From contig NC_068985.1 in the NCBI RefSeq assembly GCF_001194135.2, positions 73,519,354 to 73,583,353 of the forward strand: a DNA stretch of 64,000 bases, in the 5' to 3' direction. The notes under the pieces are model-generated. The model was not told the origin of the DNA, made no database searches, and saw nothing but the letters and a program-made list of their open reading frames with translations. Of this stretch, positions 1 through 13,352 are shown piece after piece (position 1 is the stretch's first letter; every line of letters begins with the position of its first letter). The stretch is from Octopus bimaculoides. Lineage: Eukaryota. The position numbers and the translations under genes were made by a program.

Positions 1-11
1 GTGTATATACA

Positions 12-101
12 TCTCTCTATATAAAGATGATGCGTAGTCTAGACGGCGTTTTTAGATTTCATTATTCTCTTTAACCCGGGCAACGCCGGGTATTTCTGCT
101 A

Positions 102-102
<1 letters not shown>
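12..102 (+). mobile_element. Mini non-autonomous Helitron-like element
   Basis: Begins A|TC (11/12). Ends CTAG|T (99-102/103). A GC hairpin ACCCGG-gcaacg-CCGGGT (74-91) lies 7 nt before CTAG. Sits in AT-repeat flanks. Confidence 0.65.

Positions 103-152
<50 letters not shown>
103..152. repeat. (AT)n microsatellite
   Basis: Direct reading. Confidence 0.95.
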
Positions 153-153
<1 letters not shown>

Positions 154-883
154 TCGTAAACACACGAACGTATACAAGCACACATACAACCACCCACACA
201 TATACGCGCAGATAAACGAAGATTTTATAGTTAAATAAATAACAAAGTAAATGCTTTTTCCTTTTATGTTGTCTGTCATGCGAAATTATACATTGTAATT
301 TTTTTTTATTTCAATGATAATCAAGTACATCTTCTAAAAATCTATGCTCTTGTAAAAAAATAAAATTAGATTTTATGGTCTTGACGATTGTCTGAAATCT
401 TGGGAATTTTTGACATTAAACAAAAGCACAGAACACCTGACAACAACTTTTAACTATCTCCTTACTTATTGATTACTATCCACTTACGGTTGTTTTCTTC
501 ATGTTTTCTAAAATATTTTTTCCACTTAAACAGGCTTTTCTCATTGTTTTATAAAGTCAGCTGAAAGCGGAGAAAATATTTCTTTCCTGAATGTTTGTCG
601 CAATAAATTTAACAGTGATATATTCAATCTGATGTTTTCTCCGCTTGTTGTCTAGCGAACGGCAATATAATAGTAAAGTGAAAGTCGAATTTAAATTGCA
701 TTCAAACATAAAGGATGAATCCATTCTATTACACAAACGTAAATATATGAAGTACATATACCTTGAAGATATTTAATGCATACATATTATATATGTAATA
801 TATTACATACACTGTGTATAGATTTTTACATACATGTATGAGCATGTGCTTGTGTGTATGTATAGATACGGGAATATATGTGA

Positions 884-915
<32 letters not shown>

Positions 916-1583
916 TTATGTGTGTTGTGAATGTTTACATATTCTCTCTGTAGACACACACACATACACACACACACATACACACACACACACACATCAC
1001 TCACCGTGATAGAAAATTCAACAAAAACAGTACTCCATCAGGTGAGAGATAAATATTATTTATTTACAGGTCACTATACATGTATTAAAGTGCTACTAAA
1101 AGTTTCATATATTGAGAGAATTCAAACATATTCTACAGGCCCAAACCACATATAACGAACTATAGAAACTGAATAAAAGAAGAAACGCGAAAAAACTGAG
1201 AAGGTAGCATGTAGAAAACACAGTCAGTAAATAATATATATATATATATGCACTGTGGCTATGATGAGACAACACTTGGAAGGTTCGACCTAATGAAACC
1301 GATCCCAGAAACTATTTTAAGCCTGGTACATAATTCATAGGTGATTTAGTATGCATTTAAGAGGTGTTGACGTTAACAAATCGACGCCGGTTTTCGAGCA
1401 GTGACAAAATAAACACACCTACAACGGATTTCCTCACAGTATTCATCATTCATATTCATTCATTAGACTACAGATGACACTCTCACGAAGTAGTGCACAG
1501 TGGGACTGTAGAGTCGCATGTTTATAAAGCTGTAATCTTGCATTCATATTTCTCTTATTCTCTCTCACCATTTCTCTTAAGGT

Positions 1584-1800
1584 ATGTATGTATGTATGTA
1601 TGTATGCATGTATATGTGTGTGTGTATGTATGTATGTATGTATGTGTGTATGTATGTGGCTAGTTGTCTTTATCTATGTCTGTCTTTCTATCTATCAATC
1701 TATGTATACACATACATCTCTCTCTTTCTCACTTTCTCTGACACACACATGCTCTCTCTATCCCCTTCTCTGACACACACACACACACACACACACACAC
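1584..1800. repeat. Compound (TATG)n/(CT)n/(CA)n microsatellite tract
   Basis: Direct reading; accounts for the spurious ORFs 1584..1808 and 1588..1773. Confidence 0.9.
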
Positions 1801-2343
1801 GTATGTAGCTGTTATTGGTGTTGAAAAAACTTACGCGGAGATTCACGTAACCGATTATCAATGAACTTTTGTAACATTACAATGCTATATAAATGTTTAT
1901 AAAAGGCGCAAGAATGATTATTTGTTAAATTATCAAATAAACATTTAAAGCTGATTAGACAGAATTATGCCGTTTTAAATGTGATGTTGGATAATACAAT
2001 TCACTGCTGCCAGAAAACAATATAATCATTAAAAATGAGTGAAACAATCTCGAATTAAACAGATACATCAATAATAGCTATAATATTTGCAGTAAGGAAA
2101 AACAAAATTCAAAATAGCTTTAGAAAAAAAAAATGAAAAGAATATAAACGAAACAAATTATAAAAGAAACGCAAAATGTGAAAAAAATACTCGTGCGCAT
2201 TATAATCGAAAAAATATATTTGCCATGGTGAAAATGATGCGACAGTGACCATATACATATACGTATGTACATACATAAACCCCCACCCACACACACACAC
2301 ACACACACACATCTTAGACGTCATTCACGCCATTCATTATATA

Positions 2344-2634
2344 NNNNNNNNNNNNNNNNNNNNNNNNNNNNNNNNNNNNNNNNNNNNNNNNNNNNNNNNN
2401 NNNNNNNNNNNNNNNNNNNNNNNNNNNNNNNNNNNNNNNNNNNNNNNNNNNNNNNNNNNNNNNNNNNNNNNNNNNNNNNNNNNNNNNNNNNNNNNNNNNN
2501 NNNNNNNNNNNNNNNNNNNNNNNNNNNNNNNNNNNNNNNNNNNNNNNNNNNNNNNNNNNNNNNNNNNNNNNNNNNNNNNNNNNNNNNNNNNNNNNNNNNN
2601 NNNNNNNNNNNNNNNNNNNNNNNNNNNNNNNNNN
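2344..2634. other. Assembly gap. Other gaps: 5960-5969, 9119-9558, 16516-16579, 22777-22882, 28188-28780, 30244-30253, 46028-46940
   Basis: Runs of N, mostly flanked by microsatellites. Confidence 1.
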
Positions 2635-5600
2635 AGAGAGAGAGAGAGAGAGAGATAGATTAAATACATACGTAAAAATTTGATGCGGAAAGCCTGGTTT
2701 AAACATTTGCAGTGTTTATTCTCCTACACAACATAAACAAAAGCAAAACGGAGGCTAAGATGCAAAATAACTCTTTAACCAAAATTCCTATTTTTGGTGA
2801 AAACATGTATTTTGAAAGAGGATAAAGTACTGCTCACTTATACATGTCAGGCATTTGATGCAATGGATACAAGATTGGTGCCTGTATGCGCTTACTCTAA
2901 AATCCATCTGCAAACTTTAAAAGGAGCCAAACAAGCTTCTATCAATTGCCACCGTTTGGGTTGAGTGGATGGGAACGTGTACGCTTAGTGTTTAAATGAA
3001 ACGTAATTTTGTGCGCATAAATTCTCATGTTAAACCTGTTTTTTTTTTGGTGCTCCATTGTAAGTTTTATACGCAGAGGTTTTATCAACTTAAACCTCAT
3101 CTATATATACTACTCCTTTGATGAAGCAATTCGTATTGATGAGGGAGCTGCTAGGATATACAGTTACAATTAATGTTAATTATATTAAAATAGATATCAG
3201 GGTACTTCTGTTGAATATCCGATAATACTTATATCCCCAAATATATCTATATCGAACGATCTCATTGTTAATGGTTGAAGCGATTTCCCTTGCTATAAAT
3301 CCGTATTAATTATATATATAGGTAGATAGCTAACGCAGGGTAAAATAGAGGACTGATGTAAATACATTTTTCTGTTCTATTCATCAACAAAAAGAAAGAT
3401 TTCCTTGTATCTTCCTCAACCAAAAGTAGAAATCTGCCGTTTATAAGGTAGTCACGAATAACAGTAAAATCCTAGTACAGTGTCAAATACGAATATTTGT
3501 GCATTTGACATTTCATCAATAGTTAAACGATCATCAACTCACTGGGACATACAGGGTATTACACCAGCTGAGAGGTGAGAGAAAGAGTGAATGAGAGAGA
3601 GAGAGAAAGAAAGAAAGTAGAATGAAAGAGCCAGATGCAGTAAAACTGCATCTTATTTATTGATCCAGTAGGTGTGGAAAAGATGAATTCGACTGGATTT
3701 GAACTCAAGATTGAGGCAGTCGGAAGAAATATCACGATGATTCTATCCGATACTACTTTTACATACAGGCATCTGACTCTCCCTCTCTCCCTCCCTCTCT
3801 TCCTCTCTTCTCTCTCTCTCTCTCTCACGTATATGCGATTGTGTATTTTTGTAGTGATACGAAGATACACAGGCACACATATATAGATATGCATATACAT
3901 ATATGTATAAATATATGTATGAGACATAATATAGTTGTATGAGAGTTTATGTGGGTTGATTACTTCTTTTATCATTTAAGAATGTTTATGCTTAAGACGA
4001 TTCTGTAACTTTAAGGAATTACTGTCTAATCGCTGGCCCATTGTGTGTTGTATCTTAATCTTCTCAAAGAACCACAAACACGAAATTTCCTTCAAGTAAC
4101 TTTAAGCTATAAATATTATGCTAAATTTAAATATGTGTTTAGCTCTTAAGTCTTATACTAACATCAATGCCTTAGAATACCAAGTAGATTGTCATGGTTA
4201 AAACAATGTGAGAATGTATTACAGTTCCATAGATGTGTTTAATATCTGCAGCCTCAAGGGGGTAATCAATAAGAGAACAACAACAATATCAACATCAAGA
4301 TAAGCAGCAATATTAACATGTATGAGTCAGGGACTTTGCTTTCAATTGTTCTCGCGAACTAAACTAGATTGTAATTTCATTTCCCCCTGTCAGCTCTCCA
4401 CTTCGTTGGGTAAATTTGCTAGGATATACAGCAGTTTTACTAAAAAATGACTTCTTGTTATCATAAATACTTAGGCAGGGTAGTAGCACTAGTACATTAT
4501 ATACGAAAGTTTAGATATTCATGTCTGGAATTTTCTGATATGTCTTCTAGATCCGTGTGTATGTGGCTAGAACAACAAACAAAACGACTCATATTTGTAA
4601 GCTTTCGTTCGACCAATGCCATCATTTTGCATAACAAAGATAGCAGTCTTGCCTATGTACGATAATATTGTTTTTAATCATTTATGAGAAATTTTAATTA
4701 AAGTAATATTAATAGTATACACATAAACATACACACGGTCATATATACACCGGTCCACATATGTACGCTGATTGTGTACGTTGATTGTGCGTAGTGTGTG
4801 ACGAGTCGGATACGAATTGAAACAGTATCATATTTATGATTAGCTGACCTTCCGTAGGACTTTGTAAAATATTTCAGATCAAAAATCTAATTATTAAATT
4901 AAAGATTTAATATATAAAATAAATTGATTCTACAATGGACAAAAAAAGACTAAACAAAATCCTTTATGAGTTCCAATAAAATAAACCTTTATAATTTGTA
5001 TGCTAATTCATTACGATATACGGGCTATTACTAAAATGATTAATTTTCCTTTAATCTCTAAATATTTATTTCTAAAAGAGGGGGTTACAAGCAAAGTTAT
5101 TAATTTAAAATTCAGTTACAAATGCCCAATTGATTTTCGGTATGAGCTGAATGCTTTAACTTTAAACTCAATTTATCGATAACATTTAATTTGTCCGGAT
5201 CAAGATCATTCAGCTTTAATTCCATTTGAACTTATTGATTTCATATATTGGCAAAAACGTAATGCTTATCGGAAAGGTAATCAGGTTAACAATTTCAATA
5301 ATATTACTATATTACTGGTACAGCTTAAGAAAGGAAAAGTTAATGCTGGCGATGTTTGAACTCAAAATATAAAATTCTAAAATAGCGCACCACTGTTTCT
5401 GTCATCCATATCCAGCGAGTTTCAAATACAATTGAATTTAATTCACAATCCTGGCCTTTTGCTTTCAGCCATAACAGTTAAATGAAAATTAAACCGGCTA
5501 CCGTCTTATGATATAGACTAATAAGTCAGTTGTTCGGGGTTGCATCATGGTTAAACCGATATAATATAGGATGAATATAATAATAGCAATAATTATAGGA

Positions 5601-6714
5601 TGGAATTTATATATATATCTAATACATCGCTGAGTGCGTTTCCACAAATCAGAACATGTTAACATCAATGTCTAGCTAGATTGGCCCCCATACTGGCAGG
5701 GAGGGAGAAACATTCCTCTGTGATTCATCCAATATTGCAGTATTGCTTAATGAAATTTATCAATGATGATAATCAACCGGATGACCATGGCAATACGGAT
5801 ATATTTTGCTAATCCCAAGGATACCAACTCTGATGTTAAAATCACGCAGTGTCTGGAAGCGTGCTTCGCGATGTATTAAATACTTATAAATTCCATACTA
5901 GTATTATATATATAAGCTGAATTTTTGGAATACGGTTATATATATAGATCGGAAGAGCGNNNNNNNNNNAATACCGTTTTGGCCAATCCGCATGTAACTT
6001 AAACGTCACGGTTTGCCGGGTATACCGACTTTCTGTAATTTGTTTATATTCATATGTTAAAGATATTTTTTAATCCACATCATTAACTGGTTGTAATAGG
6101 CTAACTGGATTTCAATAAATGTCTATATTCGACGTTAGGCGAATTATATCATAAAATGACATGGTCGCAAAACGTATAAGTCTGAGGTAGTAACATATAG
6201 AGGGTGACTTATATCATTGAAGGCGTGAATGACGTTGAAATGGGGTGATAGCGTTAATAAGGCTGTCATATACATGCGATTCTGCATACATACTTTCGTA
6301 AATACATAGATACAACACGCACAGTCACAACACACACACACACACACGCAGTGAGCTGGGTGTGAGGAACACGTAACTTTAAGGAGAGATGAGGAAGGTG
6401 GCTTTTCTGCTGTCAATCGCAAAGAAACACTCACACACCCAAACACATACATTGTTTGAAAATTATAAATTGTAATGGTTTTTATTACAGCCACAATGGC
6501 CTAACACAGAGTTGACAGTACAAGGATAGACAGGATAGTACAGTGGGGACAAAAACATAAAACGAATGAAAAATCGTAATATGTACAATGAAATCGATGG
6601 AGATGAAATAGATGCTTGCGATCCACTCACATGCAGTACCATCTAAACGTTCTTACTGTCCGTTTCTAATCATTATTTTAATCTCTTAGCATCTTTTGTT
6701 GTATTCTTTTTAAA

Positions 6715-8230
6715 AACACAAGTTATTCTCTTTTTTTAAAGTCTTTTTATATAAGGCCTTAATTCATTTAGTTCGACCACTGACGGTAGTTCGTCGAACT
6801 CTACTTCGAATCTTGGTGGTACGAATCTACATTTTTCCTTCTACCTGCTGTACCTTTCCTTGTCTATTAATATCGCTTTCACATTCTCACCGTGGACGGT
6901 TGTCCATTGGCAACTTCACTCTTATAACCGATTTCAGTTGTGTAATCAATTCTTCTGTGCACACATTTTGTCATATGTTATAAAATTCCAATTAAATAAT
7001 CTCCGTTTTTGCTTACTGTGTTCTGCTATTGGCGTCTCTTTATCCATTTCGGTCGTTGTCGCTTCTTCCTCTTGCTGCTGTTCCACTTCATGGGTTCAAC
7101 AACCCTCCAGTCTCCTTTTCTTCTACCATAACTTCTTTCTCAACCTCCTTTTCTACCCCTCTCTCTCAATATCCTTTTCAACCTCCTTTACAACTGTTTC
7201 CTCTATCTCCTTTGTTTCTTCTTTTTCTGCCTCTCCAGCGGAGAGCCCTTCAAATCCCTCCTCTGCCTCTTTCTCCTCCTCGTGTACCTTATCATTCGCT
7301 TTCTCCTGCTCCTCCAACTGTTCCATTTCTTCTCTCTGGGGGCACCTCGCCTTCAGGTGGCCTTTCTTGCCACACAAATAACATCTGGGAGGCCTGGCCT
7401 CCCCCATTACCTTCAATCTCACATCTTCAGGTAGAATGATTTCTTCTGGGATCTTGATCATATCACTATCAGTTGTTTGAAGTGACATCTCGATCCTGTA
7501 ACACCACTAGTCCACCTTTCTCGTTCTTGTCACTCTTAGCATCCTAGCATCCTCTTCCATGTTGTGTATTATCGCTGCAACCAACCATGACTCCTCTAAT
7601 TCTGGTGGTACTTTTTCCACCCTCAATCAGAAAATTCTTCTGCCGCAGTGCGTTGCTAGGAAAACCCACTTTTCCGATTTTATGGCATCAGTGGAGTGCA
7701 TTATCCCTTCGACCGCACTATCGAAATGCACCTCAACTGTGCCATGTTTTCTTCCTCCTGTTATGAATGCCGTCTTCTTTTTTAATCTCTTTTAAACTTT
7801 TCTCATTTTTTTCTATTGGTACTACTTCAATTTCCTTCGATGATATTTTGAGAGTTTTATAACTTATTGTTTTCCTCTTTAAACTATGTGTCAATTCGAG
7901 CGGAGGCTTCAAATTTAGATTGTAGCCTTCTTTTTCTAAAAGGTTGCCGCATTCTGTTAGCATTTCCGGCATGATTTTTATTTCTTGCACCTCCAAATTT
8001 TGAATTTCGATGCCTTTGCCACTTTCAGCCACATAACTGTGGATCTTGGCTAGTTCAGTTTCAATCGTACTTCTTTCCGTTGGTTCTCCCATAAATGGGA
8101 AGAAAAAAAAAACAATTCAACAAAACACTTTAGAGAAAACAGCAATTTCAAAACAGGAAACAAACGTGGTACACCCACAAGGAGAGACCTCCAAAAACAA
8201 AATATCCCATTTCTTCAATAACAAAATATC
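6715..8230 (-). mobile_element. Degenerate retroelement ORF1/gag-like region (L1/Tx1-like) with CCHC zinc knuckle; no ORF2 visible
   Basis: Frameshifted and stop-interrupted frame joining ORFs 7733..8092 and 7153..7488. Contains V-x-G-E-x-RPPRCYLCGKKGHLKARC (CX2CX4HX4C at 7342-7383) followed by a Glu/Lys-rich tail. Confidence 0.75.
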
Positions 8231-8613
8231 ACATTTCAAACGCCAGGAAATTATAAATTATAATGTTAAGTTAAACAGGTACACAATTTTTCATGCTACA
8301 CCGTAAGGTCAGGATGAAGTCCATTGTCAAAATGGGGTAAGTTAGGTGCTATTAGCCAAAACTGTGAAACTATAACAAATTGGCTAGACCATGGCAAACT
8401 TTTATAAGCAGAGATAATTGTAACCCCAGTTTTTTTGTGACAGTTTTTTTCTGTGAGACAAAGTTGTTCAATTGGATTCTAGAAGATATGATTGCTTGTT
8501 TAGTTAGTGTACTTTGTTCTTTGTGTTAGGAATTAATGGATTTATTTTATGCTCCAGGAATTCGCCAGAACTTTTGTCAGAGTTAAAATAATTTCTGTGT
8601 CACATCTAGATGC

Positions 8614-8858
8614 AAGGTTCGAAATCCAAGATTCGAAATCCAAGGTTCGAAAACTGAATTCGTACTAAAATTGAAATCCAGATTTTAGGAAATCCAAATT
8701 TTTGGAATCCATCTTTTTGAAAAACCAAATTTGTGAGGCCAGATTTTCTGTGAGGCCAATTTTGTTGAAACCCAAAAATTGTAAATCCAGAGTTACGGAT
8801 CCAAGTTCGTGAAATCAAGTTGGTGAAGCCGGGATTCTGAGTCCGAATTTCTGAACTG
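8614..8858. repeat. Degenerate 14-15 bp minisatellite (AAGGTTCGAAATCC-like)
   Basis: Near-identical units at 8614-8627 and 8628-8641, then progressively diverged units. Confidence 0.75.
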
Positions 8859-9084
8859 TATATATATATTACCTTTGTAAATATTTTGACTGCACGTCTG
8901 GCGTGGCGTTGTTTTTTTTTGTTCATGTATGTATATATTTGTTTTTGTATGTTGGCTGTTGTTTCTATGGTGACAATTGTTGATAATATTTTACAAAACA
9001 ATTTCATGGTGTCTTGTTGTTTTGGGTTCACCCTATCCTCGTTGATTCTTTAAATACGAGTTATGTCCACCAGGTCGTAACAAC

Positions 9085-9118
<34 letters not shown>

Positions 9119-9591
9119 NNNNNNNNNNNNNNNNNNNNNNNNNNNNNNNNNNNNNNNNNNNNNNNNNNNNNNNNNNNNNNNNNNNNNNNNNNNNNNNNNN
9201 NNNNNNNNNNNNNNNNNNNNNNNNNNNNNNNNNNNNNNNNNNNNNNNNNNNNNNNNNNNNNNNNNNNNNNNNNNNNNNNNNNNNNNNNNNNNNNNNNNNN
9301 NNNNNNNNNNNNNNNNNNNNNNNNNNNNNNNNNNNNNNNNNNNNNNNNNNNNNNNNNNNNNNNNNNNNNNNNNNNNNNNNNNNNNNNNNNNNNNNNNNNN
9401 NNNNNNNNNNNNNNNNNNNNNNNNNNNNNNNNNNNNNNNNNNNNNNNNNNNNNNNNNNNNNNNNNNNNNNNNNNNNNNNNNNNNNNNNNNNNNNNNNNNN
9501 NNNNNNNNNNNNNNNNNNNNNNNNNNNNNNNNNNNNNNNNNNNNNNNNNNNNNNNNNNATATATATATACATATATAAATATATACATATG

Positions 9592-10146
9592 TCTACTATA
9601 CAACAATTTAAACTCGTGATTCCCTGTGTGTACGTTTGTAAATTTGTATGTGTGTGTCTGTGTCTCTGTGTGTGTATGTCACGTCCTATAACTGTCTATC
9701 TCTCTACCTTTGTAGGGTCTTCTCTGTTGCTGTCAAATGTGAGCTTTTAAATTTATGTCAAAAATTTCAAACATAGTATATTGAAATAATTTTCCGGATT
9801 ATATCCAGTTTTGTCATTTATTTGTTTCTAGCATCCAGTTGTATTATAGGTGAATTGGATTTCAATAAAAGTCTATAATGGACCCCACCAGGAGGGGGAC
9901 TGTAGCACATGTAGCACCTAGTTTTAGCAATAAACTATTACCATAAAGGTTAATAAAATATTTAATAGTTTAATTACACTAACTGATTCTAAAATTTATG
10001 TATTGATACAGAATTCGGGATAGGAATTGTAGCGGAACCAAATCGAGAAGTGAATAGGGAACGGGATAGGACATGAACTTGTGTAATGGGAATGGGAACT
10101 GAAAATAACTCCTGCTTTTCCGGGTATTGCCGGGTAATTCAGCTAG
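9592..10146 (+). mobile_element. Helitron-like non-autonomous element (5' boundary uncertain)
   Basis: 3' end CCGG-gtattg-CCGGGTAATTCAG-CTAG|T closely resembles 75-103. Possible 5' TCTACTATA followed by a (TG/TC)-rich tract. Confidence 0.45.
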
Positions 10147-11719
10147 TATATATATGTGTATACATATATATTGTAACATAGTGAGCAGGCTTTTAGATGA
10201 TACAAAGAACATTATTTCTCAGGTTACTTCTTATAGATTACTTATGATATGCATTTTCATATTTATTGCTTCAGGTATTTTGGATCTTTTTGTTTTTGTG
10301 TACATTTTGTCTGCGTTTTAGACTAAAAAAATGAGCAGTAACATAACTTTTACGATCATGACAGATAATTACAACAGAATTAATAGTTACAATGGAGTTG
10401 GTGTTTGTCTATATATGTCTGGAGTGAAGATATATTACAGGTAGGTGTTTTTTTTTTTTAGATGGAAGCAGTGTGGGGCTGGGGAAATTTCATCTCAAGT
10501 ACTTAGTATAGAATGAATTTACGAACGACACAGACTAAAAGTTACACAAAAAGTATAGTTGAGAGGAATGGCTAGTTATGATTTATCGTGTGACAACGTA
10601 CTGATTCAAAAAAGAAAAGTAACTTGTGGAACAGATATAAATATTCTGTTTGCGGTTATTGAATGCTGGAGAGTTATGATTTACTTTCATTGATTTACTT
10701 TCACTTTAAATATTTCATTAAATCACAAAAAATAGACATAGCTACACAGTTTATTTGTATCAGATATTTGTACACATTTATATGTAATTTTTTCGTCTTA
10801 CACTTATCCTATCATAAATACAGTATGATTCGTAAGATCTCTGGTTTTTTGTATAAATTAATGTAAAAATAATGTTTGCATTCATGCTGAATTTTCCATT
10901 ATTTAATTTAATTGCCTTTTGTTTTATAAGACAAGCGTCAGCATCAGCACGAGGCAGCGTCAGCACCAAGTTCTGCTTTATCTTGTTTTGTTTTTGTTAT
11001 TGTATATAAGTCATTCTGTTTCATTCTCTTCCTTTTGTATGTATGCTAGTGTATACAAGTAGAGCGCGCGTGAAACGTGTATTCGTAGATTGGCGTACCA
11101 CCCTGTGATGGATTTTATCCACTGGTAACTTTGAAAGTACTGGTATAACAAACTTGCAAAATTATTAACTACTTCGTCTTACACCGGTATACTTTACCTC
11201 ATTGCAATGCTAGGGTTATGGAAATGGCTCACTTTATTATTATATTTAATGTGTGTAAACGCACAAAAATCACTAAACCATCGGCACTCCACCTGAAGAC
11301 CAATATTATGATGAATCAGCTAAATGTGAGCTCCAACCACCAGAAATAATATTACACCTCAAGCTACGATATCACATATGCAGGGAGAGTATTGCATATA
11401 TAATAAGGAACGCAATGCTATTAAAGTATAGAAGTGTTTTAATACTTTATTATACAATGCAGATATAATGTGCGTTTACTTATTTGAAATGAAGAAAATA
11501 AATGACCAGATTATTATGAGATAACTGAGTTAAAGAAGTTAAACTAGATACAATAAATATCGAGTATGATACATTTATTGTTTCCGATACCTTAACCGTA
11601 TTAAATTACAATAAATTAGAGAAAACAAGAAGAATGTAGAATAAATTGAACATACATAAATAACGATAAGAGAGGGCTTCCTATTTCAGAAAATAAAATA
11701 GCATAATTATCACAATATT

Positions 11720-11941
11720 AATATTGATTGCAAATTTTGGCATAAGGTCAGCAGTTTCGGTGGTAGTCGTAATTCGATTAGATCGATCTCCGAACTCAAT
11801 TGGTACTTATTTTAATCGACCCCAAAGGGACGAAAGGCAAACTAGACCTCGGCAGAATTTTAAATCAGAACGTAAAGGATGATGCAATGCCGCTAAGCAT
11901 TCCTCCCGGCGTGCTAACGACGATGCTAACTCTCTGCCTTA
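11720..11941 (-). mobile_element. tRNA-derived SINE, family A
   Basis: Reverse complement of the GTTAGCACGCCGGG...CTTTCGTCCC...GGGGTCGAT...AAGTACCA body seen in the other copies. Confidence 0.8.
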
Positions 11942-11949
11942 TTATAGTA

Positions 11950-12092
11950 TTAATATTGATTTCAAATTCAAGCAGAAGGCCAGAAGCGTTGAGGGATGGG
12001 GTAAGTCGATTAAATCGCCCCCAGTACTTCATTGATATCTATTCAATTAACCCTGAAAAGATGAAAGGAGAAGTCGGCCTTGGCGCAATATT
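11950..12092 (-). mobile_element. 5'-truncated SINE, family A
   Basis: Matches the central and 3' parts of the other copies. Confidence 0.65.
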
Positions 12093-12117
12093 ATAGTATG
12101 AATATTAAGACAGTAGA

Positions 12118-12575
12118 TAAGACGGTGAGCCGGCTTATCCGTTACCGCGCCGGACAAAATACTTAGCAACATTTCGTCCATCTTTCCGTTCTGAGTTCAA
12201 ATATCGCCGAAGTCGACTTTGCCTTTCAGTCGTTCGGGCTCGGTAAGTATTATACACTTACGCTTCCAATATCGAAGTACGTTGATATTGTCGACGATAG
12301 ATAAAGAACACACTTTAACAGTGACAGAAACAAACACGCAACGAACCAACAATCAATATTTCAAACCCACTAACTTGAACTGTAAACTGTACCTGGACTC
12401 CGAAGACAAAATTACAGACTGCAGACTACATCAGATTGCTAATATTTATATATAGCGGTCCCGTCTATTCTCGTCAGGGGTTGTCGTACTTTCGCCACAA
12501 TAATAAGTACCAGTCGAGCACTTACTCTTCTCCCGAAATTGCTGCCGCAGTGGTAAAATTTAAAACCAAAATTAA
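12118..12575 (+). mobile_element. SINE family A split by a ~254-bp insertion (SINE parts 12118-12249 and 12504-12575)
   Basis: Head with B-box-like GAGTTCAAAT. The body breaks at GGTAAGTA and resumes at TAAGTACCAGTCGAGCAC. Confidence 0.65.
12262..12450 (-). promoter_or_regulatory. Candidate TATA + initiator core promoter with a downstream 5' splice site
   Basis: TATAAATA at 12450-12443. TGCAGT initiator-like motif with A at 12420, 30 nt downstream. GTAAGT donor starting at 12261. No ATG in between. Confidence 0.35.
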
Positions 12576-12910
12576 TATAAGTAGTTCTTAACCTCTGTAT
12601 CACGTGTTACAACGACTAAGTCTTAACGAAGAATGACAGCTTATAAACGAGAAAATGTTTCCGTAACAGGGAATCTGACATCTTAGAGTTTCTAAGCCTG
12701 CTAAAAATAATTGAAAATTATATCCCTGAATCACCCCATAGCAATTTAAAGAAGAAATGCCTATACTGTAGTGTGAATTTATGGTATTTATGGTATGTAA
12801 AGAGAGACGCGTATATGAATGTAGCCAGATTCGAACAGATGCCATGTATAAGTATTGAAAATTGTGCGTTCAGAGAAGAAGAAGAAGAAGGAGGAGAGAG
12901 AGATAAATAG

Positions 12911-12950
<40 letters not shown>

Positions 12951-13194
12951 CTCGCTTTTCCAGAATTGAAAGTGAACTTCTTATGGCTGTGGTAGATGTC
13001 TATGTTTTAAAATAGTCGAAATTCTTTGAATTAGTACATTAATAGGGAAACACATGAGTATACATTTGGAATGTGATATATAATTATATATTGGAAAATT
13101 GATGAGGAATCTCGTAGGTTTAACTCAGTAGGTTTAACTCAGATCGTAATGAACACCAACACATGATGCACAGCATACATAGGCACAACATATT

Positions 13195-13227
<33 letters not shown>

Positions 13228-13296
13228 ACACACATATATACATATACATACATACTTATACATGTTCGTGTGTTAAATATTCAGCTCAGTAATGTA

Positions 13297-13352
<56 letters not shown>

